A stretch of 63,955 nucleotides of DNA, counting the filler, from Reclinomonas americana ATCC 50394 (taxonomy: Eukaryota): the NCBI GenBank assembly GCA_048213135.1. It is 6 parts of 5 records of this genome, joined end to end, with 100 filler letters (N's around TTAATTAATTAA, not from the genome) between each part and the next. Parts side by side here need not be neighbours in the genome. Positions count along the whole stretch, not along the records: positions 62,729 to 63,955 come from PS015459.1; 5 more parts are not named here. One strand, written 5' to 3'. Numbering within the stretch: position 1 is the stretch's first letter; every line of letters begins with the position of its first letter. Under the pieces are notes generated by a model. The model did not search any database and was not told the origin of the DNA. It saw only the letters and a program-made list of their open reading frames with translations. This document shows, piece by piece, positions 63,848 through 63,955 of the stretch. A program made the translations under genes and the position numbers.

Positions 63848-63898
63848 GTTGCGCACGATGAGTGAGAGACAGAGAGGGAAACCCCATCGGAACTGACA

Positions 63899-63904
<6 letters not shown>

Positions 63905-63955
<51 letters not shown>
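63905..63955. repeat. (CT)n microsatellite at contig end
   Basis: Pure CT run. Similar CT/GA and CA/GT tracts occur in many introns (e.g. 35876-35925, 47036-47068). Confidence 0.95.

Overview
Intron-rich, GC-rich nuclear DNA of a eukaryotic microbe, probably a flagellated protist (it has a SHIPPO-repeat axonemal protein and a four-domain Ca channel). It is not one continuous locus. Five artificial 100-nt spacers (N44-TTAATTAATTAA-N44) join six scaffolds, and several internal N-gaps join contigs that appear mis-ordered or mis-oriented. About 30 densely packed genes with short (mostly ~55-100 nt) spliceosomal introns can be reconstructed by hand. They include an aldo-keto reductase, TAF11, STI1/HOP, mitochondrial ACP, prefoldin 4, GAR1, an atypical two-DBD E2F, an EEEE-filter voltage-gated Ca channel, RbfA, WD40/ankyrin/LRR proteins, a MAP2K-like kinase, SPT4, ATP-type PEPCK, a large secreted repeat protein with H-type-lectin-like domains, RPN13, a WDR26-like protein and RPS23. 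The standard genetic code fits. The most striking signals concern splicing. (1) About 29 introns use the donor GTTGCGT, a one-nucleotide-shifted version of the ordinary GTGCGT/GTGTGT donor, almost always after a non-G exon end. (2) The Ca-channel gene has two U12-type (minor spliceosome) introns, one AT-AC and one GT-AG, apparently at the positions known from animal Cav genes. Head-to-head gene pairs have start codons only 40-165 nt apart. All gene models are manual and lack transcript support.
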